This document shows, piece after piece, positions 53,622 through 62,847 of a stretch of DNA of 64,000 nt (the stretch's first letter is position 1; every line of letters starts with the position of its first letter). The position numbers and the translations under genes were made by a program. Where the stretch lies: sequence record OZ336095.1; one strand, written 5' to 3'. This stretch comes from a phage. The notes beneath the pieces are model-generated. The model was not told the origin of the DNA. It ran no database searches and saw only the letters and a list, made by a program, of their open reading frames with translations.

Positions 53622-55403
53622 ATGACTAAATCACTTTATGCAGTACCAGCAGGTTTAAACGCAGATGCTTACAAATCTGGTCATGTTTACCAGTACCCTA
53701 GTGCAACAGAATACTTGATGTTCAACCTGACACCACGTAGTGACAAATGGTTTAACAGCCCATTAGCAATTGATGGTGTAGTAGCTTTTGGTATTCAACG
53801 TTTCGTTAAAGATTACTTGATAGACCACTGGAACGCCACTTTCTTTGAACGTGATAAAAAAGAAGCCATTGATGAAATATTAGAAGTCATGAATGGTGTT
53901 CTGGGTAAAGATGCTATCGGTCGAGAGCATTGGGAAGCACTTCACGACTTAGGTTATCTACCAGTTGAAGTATACGCTGTAGAAGAAGGTACAGTTGTCC
54001 CTATGCGTGTCCCAATGATTGTCTTCCAGAACACTGTTTCAGGTTTCCATTGGGTAGCGGGGTATCTGGAAGATGCTTTCTCTGCTGAGATTTGGAAGGC
54101 TTGTACCATTGCAACTATTGCATTGCATTATAAACGCATCTGTAAGAAGTGGGCTGACCTTACTTGCGACAACGACTTACATTTACCTTATCAGTGCCAT
54201 GACTTTGCTATGCGTGGTATGTCCGGCTTTACTGATGACGCATTTAACGCTGTAGGCCACTTAACCAGCTTTAAAGGAACTGATAGCTTCCCTGCTGTGT
54301 ATACGGCTAAACGAATCTATGGACAGTCTTACCCAATCTCTGATATTGGTAGCTCTGTACCAGCCACTGAGCACTCTGTAATGTGTGCAAACATTGCTTG
54401 GGAAGGTGGTAATGAGTTGATTGAAGAAGAAAGACGCTTTAAAGGTGAGTTACAAACCTTCCGTCGTTTCTTAACAGAAACTTACCCAACTGGTATTGCA
54501 AGTATTGTTTCAGATACTTATAACTTCTGGAGAACTGTGTCAGAAATCTTACCAGCACTCCGTAAAGAAATTATGGAACGTGATGGTAAACTGGTAATTC
54601 GCCCTGACTCTGGAGACCCTGTACATATTGTCACAGGTTATAAAGCAATCCACTTAGAGTGTGCTAAAAAGGCTTATTACGAGCACCTAAGCAAGCTTGA
54701 AGCCAGCGACACAATGTTGAATGCTGTTCTGAACATGAAGCTTGAAAACATCAACTATGGTATTGCTGGATGGCTACTGTCAGAAGGCTACGAAATGGTT
54801 GTTGACAGAGAAGACTTTGAAGTTGCTGATACAGTGCTGTTGAAAAACGCTTATATGGTTGGTTCTGCAAACGTTGTAACACGTCCTGTAGCGGAGATTG
54901 ATGGAGCTATCAAGACACTGTATAACATCTTTGGGGGAACTATTAACTCTAAAGGGTTTAAGGTACTGGATGAGCACATCGGCCTTATCTATGGTGACTC
55001 TATCACGCTGGAACGTGCAAACGAAATCATGAAGCGTCTGTATGAAATGGGTTTTGCAAGCTCTAACGTAGTATTTGGTGTAGGCTCTTACACTTACCAG
55101 TACATGACTCGTGACACCTTTGCATTTGCTGTCAAAGCAACTCTTGCAAGCATTGGTGGTAAAGAGATTATGCTTGCAAAAGACCCTAAAACAGATAGTG
55201 GTGTTAAGAAATCTGCCTTTGGTGGTGTAGCACCTATGTGGGATGGTGAAAATCTGAAAGCTGTAGATGGCTATGGGTTCCAGAGCTTTGCAGATGCACT
55301 TGAACACCCAGCTTGTGCTTTACGTCTAGTCTTTAGTGACTCTGAGCAGTTCGGCTACACAACTCTTGGTGATATTCGAAATAATATTGACAAGCAGCTT
55401 TAA
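53622..55403 (+). CDS. nicotinamide phosphoribosyltransferase-like (NAMPT/NadV family)
   Basis: 593 aa; N-terminal 'NADAYKSGHVYQYP' matches the NAMPT 'D.YK..H..QYP' signature. Confidence 0.8.
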   Translation: MTKSLYAVPAGLNADAYKSGHVYQYPSATEYLMFNLTPRSDKWFNSPLAIDGVVAFGIQRFVKDYLIDHWNATFFERDKKEAIDEILEVMNGVLGKDAIGREHWEALHDLGYLPVEVYAVEEGTVVPMRVPMIVFQNTVSGFHWVAGYLEDAFSAEIWKACTIATIALHYKRICKKWADLTCDNDLHLPYQCHDFAMRGMSGFTDDAFNAVGHLTSFKGTDSFPAVYTAKRIYGQSYPISDIGSSVPATEHSVMCANIAWEGGNELIEEERRFKGELQTFRRFLTETYPTGIASIVSDTYNFWRTVSEILPALRKEIMERDGKLVIRPDSGDPVHIVTGYKAIHLECAKKAYYEHLSKLEASDTMLNAVLNMKLENINYGIAGWLLSEGYEMVVDREDFEVADTVLLKNAYMVGSANVVTRPVAEIDGAIKTLYNIFGGTINSKGFKVLDEHIGLIYGDSITLERANEIMKRLYEMGFASSNVVFGVGSYTYQYMTRDTFAFAVKATLASIGGKEIMLAKDPKTDSGVKKSAFGGVAPMWDGENLKAVDGYGFQSFADALEHPACALRLVFSDSEQFGYTTLGDIRNNIDKQL

Positions 55404-55417
55404 AAGTATATGATAAG

Positions 55418-55440
55418 AGGCTCCTACGGGAGCCTTTTTA
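55418..55440 (+). terminator. intrinsic terminator (tetraloop type)
   Basis: AGGCTCC tacg GGAGCCT followed by TTTTT. Confidence 0.6.
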
Positions 55441-55453
55441 ATTTCTGGAGAAG

Positions 55454-55801
55454 ATGATGGATAGCCTTTCTATATGGTTTAACAAGAAACCTGTGCAACC
55501 AAAATACTTACAAGTTGCCTATACAGACATCCTTGAAGTTCTCGGTAAAGAAAAGTTTGAAAAGTTTTGTGAAGGTATCTACAATCACCACTGCCAATTT
55601 GCTACAAAAGAAGGTATGTTTGTCATAGAACAATTCTTTGGCAGAGACCCAGATGACTACGAAGAGATTAGCTTTGTAATGAAATACATGATAGAGTATA
55701 TTGAAAATCGTGGATTCGAAGTTAATCCTGAATTTTATGAACATGAGGGTGTACCTTTAGCAAAAGGTTTCGATGGCATACTCGTTAACTGGACTTGGTG
55801 A
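55454..55801 (+). CDS. hypothetical protein
   Basis: 115-aa ORF with RBS GGAGAAG. Confidence 0.35.
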   Translation: MMDSLSIWFNKKPVQPKYLQVAYTDILEVLGKEKFEKFCEGIYNHHCQFATKEGMFVIEQFFGRDPDDYEEISFVMKYMIEYIENRGFEVNPEFYEHEGVPLAKGFDGILVNWTW

Positions 55802-56172
55802 AAACTATGAAAATCAAAGAGATGAACATCAACATTGTCTTAGAAGAACGTTGGGAGAACATCAATAAGCCTGAAGATGGCCATAAGTTTCTTAACAAAA
55901 TTTTAGTAGCAGCTAAAGAAGAACTGACTGGCAAGGTCGCAGCAGCAATTACAATAAAGGTCTGCGTAAAAGGTCTTCCAGACAATCACCAATTTGCACT
56001 TGACGAGTTTAAAGGAAGCTTCTACAATCCAAACAAACAGATGCTTGAAAGTAACTTTGCAGTGTCTACAAGTATCGTTCATGACAGAAGCTTTATCCTT
56101 TACAAGAATATGAGAGGTGAGTCATGCAAGCATGCAAGCATATTGGATAGAAATTTTACTGTCACTCGGTAG
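55795..56172 (+). CDS. hypothetical protein
   Basis: 125-aa ORF. Confidence 0.35.
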   Translation: MVKTMKIKEMNINIVLEERWENINKPEDGHKFLNKILVAAKEELTGKVAAAITIKVCVKGLPDNHQFALDEFKGSFYNPNKQMLESNFAVSTSIVHDRSFILYKNMRGESCKHASILDRNFTVTR

Positions 56173-56308
56173 TGTAGCAGTCCTTGTTTATCTTCTTTGT
56201 AAGTACTTTGCAGAACATAAGAAGTGTGACTACTGTAACGGAGAAGGGTATACAAGAGCAGGTTGTTGCCCTATGTGTGGTGGTTCTGGTAAAATGTTTA
56301 ATAAGTAA
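56117..56308 (+). CDS. small membrane-anchored zinc-finger protein
   Basis: hydrophobic 'WIEILLSLGSVAVLVYLL' followed by 'CDYCNGEGYTRAGCCPMCGGSG' (DnaJ-type CxxCxGxG repeats). Confidence 0.3.
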   Translation: MSHASMQAYWIEILLSLGSVAVLVYLLCKYFAEHKKCDYCNGEGYTRAGCCPMCGGSGKMFNK

Positions 56309-56336
56309 TTTAACAGTAAACTAAGAGGAAAGTATT

Positions 56337-58703
56337 ATGCGCATGGTAAATGACCACGCAGAAGTGATTAAGAGTTCAACTTCTTTAGAGACGTCTCAAG
56401 CACAGATTACAATGACACCTGAGATGTTCAGCCTTTTGAGTTCTGGTGTATATACCTTTAAAGAAAGGGCAGTGATTCGTGAACTGTCATGTAACGCAGT
56501 AGATGCTCAGAAAGAAGCTGGAAAAGAGAACATCCCATTCCATGTGCATTTACCTACTCGTTTTGAGCCTTACTTCGAAGTTCGTGATTTTGGAACTGGA
56601 TTGACTCATGATAAAGTTATGAGTTTGTACCTAAACTATGGAGCTTCTACGAAGAATGACTCTAATGACTACATTGGTGCAATGGGTATCGGCTCAAAGT
56701 CACCATTTGCAATTGCTCAGTCATTCACAGTATCTAGTTATGTTGACGGTGTTGTTAATAAGTACTCTGTTTATCTTGAGAATGGTATCCCTCAAGTAAC
56801 TAAGCTGACAACTAACCAAACAAAAGAACCTAATGGTTTAGCTGTACGTGTGGCAGTTGCTGACCACCGTATCTCAAAGTTCTTTGAAGAAGCTGGGAAT
56901 GTGTACTCATACTTCACTGTAAAACCAGAAAGTAATATTGAGTACGACGATGTATTAGCAGATATGAACGTAATTGCCCGTGAAGAAGGTGTTTATGATG
57001 CCATGATTCATAAGCACAGCTGGCGTTCTAGTGATAACAGGACAGAGTTTAATGTGGTGATGGGTAACATTGCCTACCCTGTTAATATGGAAGCATTACT
57101 TGGCGATGATTTCTTCAAAGTATTGCCAGAATTTTTCCGTAGGAGCGTAGACCTTGTAAACATCTACATGCCTATTGGTTCAGTTGCTATTGCAGCTTCT
57201 CGTGAAGCATTGCAGATGAATGACACGACAAAAAATGTTATCATTGAGGCTACTAAAAAGATAACTGAAGCCATTACAAAGGATGTTATCAAAAAGATTA
57301 ACAATCAGCCCACACTCATGGATGCTGCACAGGCTTATGCTGAGTTGCGTTTGAACTCACGAGAAATGTTTAATGCTGTGTGTCCAAAGCTAGAGTGGGG
57401 AGGCGTTAAGCTTGATTCTCTGGAAGAAGAGTTGCTAAACATTCGTCGCGGGATTATCTACGCAGAAGACGGCTCAGTCATTTATGAACGTGACGGTAAA
57501 GGTAATATTAAGGTTGATAGGAACGGGAACAATATCCCTAAAGTAGATTATCTTTATAACCCAGTTGCTTATGTCAAGTTCAACTCTTTAGAGAGTAAGA
57601 TTCGTGCAACAGCACTTTCCTACACTCAAGAGGCAAGTATGTTCAATATCTTTGGTGCAATGCGTAAAAGCCAAATTGAACAGTTTTTGTTCGTGATTAA
57701 TGACCGTCGCAATAAAAATGGTACTGAGAAGACTGTAGGCCGCAATCAGATTCTGCGTGGTGCATGTCGAGACTACGCCAGTGAGTCAAGTCTGTTTCAC
57801 AGATACAATGGTATTGTGTTTGTATTCTCGACTGAAAAAGAGTTAGACGACCTAATCAATCTACACAAACTTGATAAAAGCTTGTTAAAGATTGTGAAGA
57901 TGTCTGATAAGGAGCACCATTATCAGCGTAAAGAAGCTGTAAGAGGTGTTGTAAAACTCTGGAAAGCTGTTCCAGCAGAAGGTGTAGCTTCCTATAAAGA
58001 GGTTTCAGAGGACTTTGATACAATTGAAGAACCTCAGCTTTACATTAAGGCAATTGGTGACACAGTTGATGGCGAATGTTTTTGCTCATCTCCAGAAGAT
58101 GTAGCCAAGTCAGTTGCTAATGTTACAGGGAAGACAGTCTATGTTTTCCGAAAAGCAAATTGGAAAAAGATACCAGAAGACTGGATTGAAGTAGATGAGA
58201 AACTCTTGAACGACAGCTTAACTGATGTTCATTGGATTAATCATAACAGGTATATGACACGTATCTATATGAATGGTGTCCTTGACCTTACAAGCAGTTG
58301 GATTATTGCCAGAAACTTTACGTTCAATAACAGGAAGATTTCTCGTGGCTATTGCTATTCACGGGATACAAACAAAACTATCTTCCTAGAAGGAAATGAA
58401 GATGCTGTAGAGGCAATGTTCGGTAAAATCCAATACGTTGCTGCACCATTTGCATACACTTATACTATTAGTGTATTGAAAACTTTGAAAGACTGTCTTG
58501 ACAATGATACAAAGCTTTACAAGAAAATTAAGAAAGCTGGTGACCGTATGGTCATTAAGGTGACAAACTACCTTTCAAAAAGAAAACAAGAAAACTTCTT
58601 GCTTTCTCATTTAGATTGGAATAAAGTGTCACCCATCGAAGTGAGTAAGTTCTTAGGCTTTGATGTAAAATGTGTTCCAGAAGGGACTACAATTTATGAT
58701 TAA
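56337..58703 (+). CDS. rIIA: rIIA-like protein (GHKL-type ATPase fold N-terminus)
   Basis: N-terminus parallels T4 rIIA: 'VIRELSCNAVDAQ', 'VRDFGTGL', 'DYIGAMGIGSKSPF'; 788 aa; RBS AAGAGGA. Confidence 0.75.
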   Translation: MRMVNDHAEVIKSSTSLETSQAQITMTPEMFSLLSSGVYTFKERAVIRELSCNAVDAQKEAGKENIPFHVHLPTRFEPYFEVRDFGTGLTHDKVMSLYLNYGASTKNDSNDYIGAMGIGSKSPFAIAQSFTVSSYVDGVVNKYSVYLENGIPQVTKLTTNQTKEPNGLAVRVAVADHRISKFFEEAGNVYSYFTVKPESNIEYDDVLADMNVIAREEGVYDAMIHKHSWRSSDNRTEFNVVMGNIAYPVNMEALLGDDFFKVLPEFFRRSVDLVNIYMPIGSVAIAASREALQMNDTTKNVIIEATKKITEAITKDVIKKINNQPTLMDAAQAYAELRLNSREMFNAVCPKLEWGGVKLDSLEEELLNIRRGIIYAEDGSVIYERDGKGNIKVDRNGNNIPKVDYLYNPVAYVKFNSLESKIRATALSYTQEASMFNIFGAMRKSQIEQFLFVINDRRNKNGTEKTVGRNQILRGACRDYASESSLFHRYNGIVFVFSTEKELDDLINLHKLDKSLLKIVKMSDKEHHYQRKEAVRGVVKLWKAVPAEGVASYKEVSEDFDTIEEPQLYIKAIGDTVDGECFCSSPEDVAKSVANVTGKTVYVFRKANWKKIPEDWIEVDEKLLNDSLTDVHWINHNRYMTRIYMNGVLDLTSSWIIARNFTFNNRKISRGYCYSRDTNKTIFLEGNEDAVEAMFGKIQYVAAPFAYTYTISVLKTLKDCLDNDTKLYKKIKKAGDRMVIKVTNYLSKRKQENFLLSHLDWNKVSPIEVSKFLGFDVKCVPEGTTIYD

Positions 58704-58708
58704 AGTGT

Positions 58709-58738
58709 TTGACAAGGGGCTTCAAAGCCCCTTAAAAT
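58709..58738 (+). promoter_or_regulatory. sigma70-like promoter (TTGACA-N18-TAAAAT) with hairpin in spacer
   Basis: TTGACAAGG -35 (motif recurs at 34349 and 49608); upstream of rIIB. Confidence 0.35.
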
Positions 58739-58782
58739 AGCATCACAAAATGATTTATTAACTAACAAGAGAGAGTAATAAG

Positions 58783-59892
58783 ATGACTACTAAAACTAAA
58801 GCACAGATTGACGCAGAAATTTACAAACTGGTTAAAGAGGGCAAGCTGACTAAAACCGCTATTGCACAGAAATTTAACACCTCAACCCGTTCAGTCGGTC
58901 GTGCTGTAGAGCGTCATGAAGCAACCTTAAAAGGGAATAAGAAGGTGACTTCTACACCAGCTACGAAGACTTTGAAGCAAGTTGCTAAGACCTTTAAAAA
59001 GAAAGCTGACAAACCAGTTGAAAAGGTTGTTAAAGAGTCTGTACAGAAAGCTCCAGTAAATAAACTACATGAAGCTATGCAGAAAGATGACAAGATTGAG
59101 TACATGATTACTGGTGACTCTGTAATTATGACTTATGGTTCAGAGTCTGAAATTGTTGAGTCTACTCATCCGAACTATCAAGAGATTGTAGTTCATGTTG
59201 TGAAAGGTGAGTTTAAGAAAGCCTTTGAACTGATGAACATTCGTAAGTCTATCGAAAACTTCACTCAGGGTGCTATCACAATCAAAGGTGATAAGTTATT
59301 CTACGGTGCTGTTGAGATGCGTTCTACTCTGGTTGACCGTATTCTTCACATGATGAAGACTGGAGATAAAGGCTTTGAACGCCTTGTGATGTTCTTCGAA
59401 AAACTGATGGAAAACCCATCTAAAGATTCCGTAGAACAACTTTGGGGCTTCGTATCTCACCTTGATGTTGAAATTGATGAAGAAGGCTACATCATTGGTT
59501 GGAAGAAAGTCTCTACTCGTGAAGGCAAGCTGGTTGACTCCCACACCTACAGAGTACCTAATGATTTGGGTAACATTGTAGAAATGCCACGTTGGATGGT
59601 TGATAATAACCGTAACGTGACTTGCTCTCAAGGTCTTCACGTTGGTGCTTGGGATTATGTTCGCTGCTTCTCAGGTGATACAATTCTTAAGGTTCGTGTT
59701 CATCCACGAGACGTTGTATCCGTACCAACTGATTACAACGATATGAAGATGCGTTCATCACGTTATGAAGTTGCAGCAATCGTTGATAATCAACGTAAAG
59801 TACTGAAAGCATGGGATGGTAAGACTGAAGCTTTACATGTCATCGTTGGTACTGCTGGTGAACTTATCTCTCAGCGTAAACGTGAAAGCTAA
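58783..59892 (+). CDS. rIIB: rIIB-like protein
   Basis: follows rIIA; N-terminus 'AEIYKLVKEGKLTKTAIAQKFNTSTRSVGRAV' resembles remembered T4 rIIB N-terminus; 369 aa. Confidence 0.55.
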   Translation: MTTKTKAQIDAEIYKLVKEGKLTKTAIAQKFNTSTRSVGRAVERHEATLKGNKKVTSTPATKTLKQVAKTFKKKADKPVEKVVKESVQKAPVNKLHEAMQKDDKIEYMITGDSVIMTYGSESEIVESTHPNYQEIVVHVVKGEFKKAFELMNIRKSIENFTQGAITIKGDKLFYGAVEMRSTLVDRILHMMKTGDKGFERLVMFFEKLMENPSKDSVEQLWGFVSHLDVEIDEEGYIIGWKKVSTREGKLVDSHTYRVPNDLGNIVEMPRWMVDNNRNVTCSQGLHVGAWDYVRCFSGDTILKVRVHPRDVVSVPTDYNDMKMRSSRYEVAAIVDNQRKVLKAWDGKTEALHVIVGTAGELISQRKRES

Positions 59893-59907
59893 TAAGTAAT
59901 TTCTTAA

Positions 59908-59931
59908 AAGGCTGCTTCGGCGGCCTTTTTT
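59908..59931 (+). terminator. intrinsic terminator (UUCG tetraloop type)
   Basis: AAGGCTGC ttcg GCGGCCTT followed by TTTTT. Confidence 0.6.
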
Positions 59932-59992
59932 ATTTGTATTTTGTGCAGAGTGCTGTATAATTGTTGTCACGATAAACTAAACAGGAGAACCA

Positions 59993-60541
59993 ATGAAGAA
60001 ATTGATTCTAGGTTTGTGCTTAATGTTTACAGCACACTTATCTTATGCAGTTGACTGCCCAGAGCTATCAATTAGCCAAAAAGTAAACATGTTAAAAGCT
60101 TACCAGTATGGTGAGAATAACATGGGTAAAGGTTGGGGTATAACTCTAGCTGCTATAGCCTTACAAGAGTCAGAGTTAGGTCTGAAGGTAGAGAATAAAA
60201 AGACACATGATTATGGTATTTTCCAGAATCACTTGAAGACTGTTGTAAAGCGTAACAAAATTAGCCCTAATGTGGCTAAAAAGAAACTCTTAAAAGATTT
60301 TGACTATGCTGCGAAGGAAACGCACAAAGAACTTGAGTTTTGGACAAAGGTGCATGGTCAGCCAAAGTCAAAGAAGACTTTACAAAAAGTTTTAGCATCA
60401 TATAATGCTGGGTATTCGTACAGAATCCCTAAAGCTAAGAAGTATTCTCAAGATGTCTATAACAACATGAAAGTTATTGCTCAATGTGAATTTGCAACAA
60501 ACATTTCTAAGGTAAATCATGAAAAAATTAAGAAAGTCTGA
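59993..60541 (+). CDS. lytic transglycosylase (SLT domain) with N-terminal signal peptide
   Basis: 'MKKLILGLCLMFTAHLSYA' signal peptide; SLT motifs 'AIALQESELG', 'DYGIFQ', 'ASYNAGY'. Confidence 0.65.
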   Translation: MKKLILGLCLMFTAHLSYAVDCPELSISQKVNMLKAYQYGENNMGKGWGITLAAIALQESELGLKVENKKTHDYGIFQNHLKTVVKRNKISPNVAKKKLLKDFDYAAKETHKELEFWTKVHGQPKSKKTLQKVLASYNAGYSYRIPKAKKYSQDVYNNMKVIAQCEFATNISKVNHEKIKKV

Positions 60542-61214
60542 TGAAGTACTGTGTCATGCTTATGACTTACATCCTCATGAGTTAGGTCTTGATTCCTGTG
60601 TATGGACTCCAGAACAGTGTAGGGATTTTGAAGACACCGCAAGAGAGGTTGTATGTTCACTCGAAGAGTTCCACACATCAGAGCCAATTGTTAATGTTGT
60701 AGATAAAGAGACTGGACAAGCTATAGGTGTAAGTCGTGATAGTTTAGTCATAGTCAATAAAGACCTTGTAGAAAAAGGGAATCTCATCTTAGCAGATATT
60801 GATGGTGTTCTTACAAATTTTAATCACGAAGATTGTTCAACGGAATTGACTGACGGTTCATTCTCGCAGTATACCAATCTTCTTGATTCTGTAAGAGCAA
60901 AGCCGACGTATGTTTTCAATATCATTGATGCAATTGCTAATCATGCTGCTGTTGGACTCTTGACAGCGAGAGGTGAATCTCAGAGAATACCTACTGAGAT
61001 GTTTTTAAGGCATAACACAGAGCATGATTACATGCTTTTTATGCGTGGTTTTGGGACTAACTCTATAAGTGCAGAAAGTTTGAAAGTAAGGATGATTCAG
61101 TCTTGCATTCTTCCTTACTTTAATATAGTATGCTTTATAGAAGACACAGAGAAGAATGTTCAGAAGGTAAACAGAATACTTCCACACATCAAAACCATGT
61201 TAGTTAAACATTGA
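60519..61214 (+). CDS. HAD-superfamily phosphatase-like protein
   Basis: HAD motif I 'ILADIDGVL', motif II 'GLLTARG', acidic motif 'FIEDTEKN'. Confidence 0.45.
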   Translation: MKKLRKSDEVLCHAYDLHPHELGLDSCVWTPEQCRDFEDTAREVVCSLEEFHTSEPIVNVVDKETGQAIGVSRDSLVIVNKDLVEKGNLILADIDGVLTNFNHEDCSTELTDGSFSQYTNLLDSVRAKPTYVFNIIDAIANHAAVGLLTARGESQRIPTEMFLRHNTEHDYMLFMRGFGTNSISAESLKVRMIQSCILPYFNIVCFIEDTEKNVQKVNRILPHIKTMLVKH

Positions 61215-61224
61215 GAGAAAACTT

Positions 61225-61689
61225 ATGAACAATATCATTACGGTAGCACTGGACGTTACGGCAAACAAATCTGAAGTAGTTCGTAAAATGATTCAAGGTA
61301 ACTTTGAAGGTAAAATTTTCCGTGCTGTTAATGTAAAAGCTGATGGTAGCATTCGTGAATATCGTGCATTGTTGAACGTTAAGAAGCACGTAAAAGGTGT
61401 TGGTTCAACGACTGCACACAAAGAAAACCTGATGACTATCTATGATATGGGTAAGGCTTCAGAGTTAGGTGCTGAAGGTATCGTTAAAGAAGGTGCTCCG
61501 TATCGCTCTTTCAATCTGGAAACTACTCTTATGCTTTCCTTTACAAGTGGTTCTAAAACAATCACTTATCTCTTTACTGATGCTGCAACGGTATCTGCTA
61601 TTAAGGATAGCACTGTCAAAGCTGGCGTAGTTGCTGCTGCAAAAGCTTCTTCGATGGCTGCGAATATCCTTGCTAAAGTCCTCGGTTAA
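61225..61689 (+). CDS. hypothetical protein
   Basis: 154-aa ORF followed by terminator. Confidence 0.35.
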   Translation: MNNIITVALDVTANKSEVVRKMIQGNFEGKIFRAVNVKADGSIREYRALLNVKKHVKGVGSTTAHKENLMTIYDMGKASELGAEGIVKEGAPYRSFNLETTLMLSFTSGSKTITYLFTDAATVSAIKDSTVKAGVVAAAKASSMAANILAKVLG

Positions 61690-61700
61690 GGTTAAGATAC

Positions 61701-61723
61701 AGGCTCCTTCGGGAGCCTTTTTC
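61701..61723 (+). terminator. intrinsic terminator (UUCG tetraloop type)
   Basis: AGGCTCC ttcg GGAGCCT followed by TTTTC. Confidence 0.6.
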
Positions 61724-61741
61724 ATTTCAGGAGATTGTTAA

Positions 61742-62089
61742 ATGACATTTAAAGAGTTTTGTCAAGCTACTTTCATAATTGTTTTCTTAGTTGGGGCAGG
61801 TGTCTGGGGAGGATACTCTTACAGAGACTACCAAGTTGCTGAAACTGAGCTAAATAATGAGAAACTAATAAGTGTTGCCAAAGATGCTTATCAGGAAGGT
61901 TTAGCCACACTCAGCACCAATTACAAAAATGATTTGAAAGATGTGCTTGCTAAGAATAAGCACACAAAAGAGGTACTAACATATGAAAAAACTAAGCCAG
62001 AGTTTTATAATGTTTGTGTTACTGATAATTATGTCAGGGTGTTCAACGAACAAAGTGAACAGTACATTCAAAAACTCCCAAGTAAGTGA
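61742..62089 (+). CDS. i-spanin-like protein (N-terminal TM + periplasmic coiled coil), tentative
   Basis: 'FIIVFLVGAGVWGGY' TM segment near N-terminus, then charged helical region; overlapped by lipoprotein ORF. Confidence 0.35.
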   Translation: MTFKEFCQATFIIVFLVGAGVWGGYSYRDYQVAETELNNEKLISVAKDAYQEGLATLSTNYKNDLKDVLAKNKHTKEVLTYEKTKPEFYNVCVTDNYVRVFNEQSEQYIQKLPSK

Positions 62090-62252
62090 GAGTGATAAGT
62101 ACACTCAAGAAGATTCAAGATTCACTATCAAAGGTAATACTGGTAGTGATGTGGCAGCAGCCCTTGAGTTCTATCGTGATGGATTTTACCAGTGCACAAT
62201 CAAAGCTAATAACCTTATTGATATGATTTTATTAGGAAATAAACAGCAATGA
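61983..62252 (+). CDS. o-spanin-like lipoprotein, tentative
   Basis: starts inside 61742 ORF in another frame; 'MKKLSQSFIMFVLLIIMSGC' signal peptide with lipobox-like MSGC. Confidence 0.3.
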   Translation: MKKLSQSFIMFVLLIIMSGCSTNKVNSTFKNSQVSESDKYTQEDSRFTIKGNTGSDVAAALEFYRDGFYQCTIKANNLIDMILLGNKQQ

Positions 62253-62518
62253 CAGAGAATGAAGATACTTTTTACGTAGAAGGGTACTTACTGTTACCGC
62301 GACCAAAAGAAACTTATATGCGAATTGACTTCATACCAACCATTATGGATAATGTGATGTGTCATATCTTTATGCAGGGTGTCACAGCACAGCTTAAGCA
62401 TGTTGGTAAAGACTGCAAAATAAAGGTTGACACTCATCCAGAAATCAAAGAGAATCACTACACATGGTTCTTACCAGACTCTAAAGAAATCTTAGCAGTT
62501 CTCAAAACGAGGAAGTAA
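62249..62518 (+). CDS. hypothetical protein
   Basis: 89-aa ORF, ATGA-coupled. Confidence 0.3.
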   Translation: MTENEDTFYVEGYLLLPRPKETYMRIDFIPTIMDNVMCHIFMQGVTAQLKHVGKDCKIKVDTHPEIKENHYTWFLPDSKEILAVLKTRK

Positions 62519-62520
62519 CT

Positions 62521-62847
62521 ATGCAGATTAATGGAAGAGACTTTGTAGCCGTTTACTACGAGAAAGGTAAAGAGGTTGGTGTAGCACAAGTATCTTATGG
62601 CAATGGTAAGTGGCTATATGGGACAATCGCAGTAGTAGGAACAAGAAGTGATACAAAAACTTTTAAAGATTGTGTTGACCTTCTTGAAGAATCCATACAC
62701 AATCATTGGTGTCTGATATGGATGACTGACAACGAAGTGATAGAACGCTTCAAAAAGATTGGTATCAACATTGATAGCATTGAACATGTTGATTTATATG
62801 AGCTAACTGAGAAGGTAAACTATGAAAGTAATACTAGCCAGAGATAA
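62521..62847 (+). CDS. hypothetical protein
   Basis: 108-aa ORF. Confidence 0.3.
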   Translation: MQINGRDFVAVYYEKGKEVGVAQVSYGNGKWLYGTIAVVGTRSDTKTFKDCVDLLEESIHNHWCLIWMTDNEVIERFKKIGINIDSIEHVDLYELTEKVNYESNTSQR

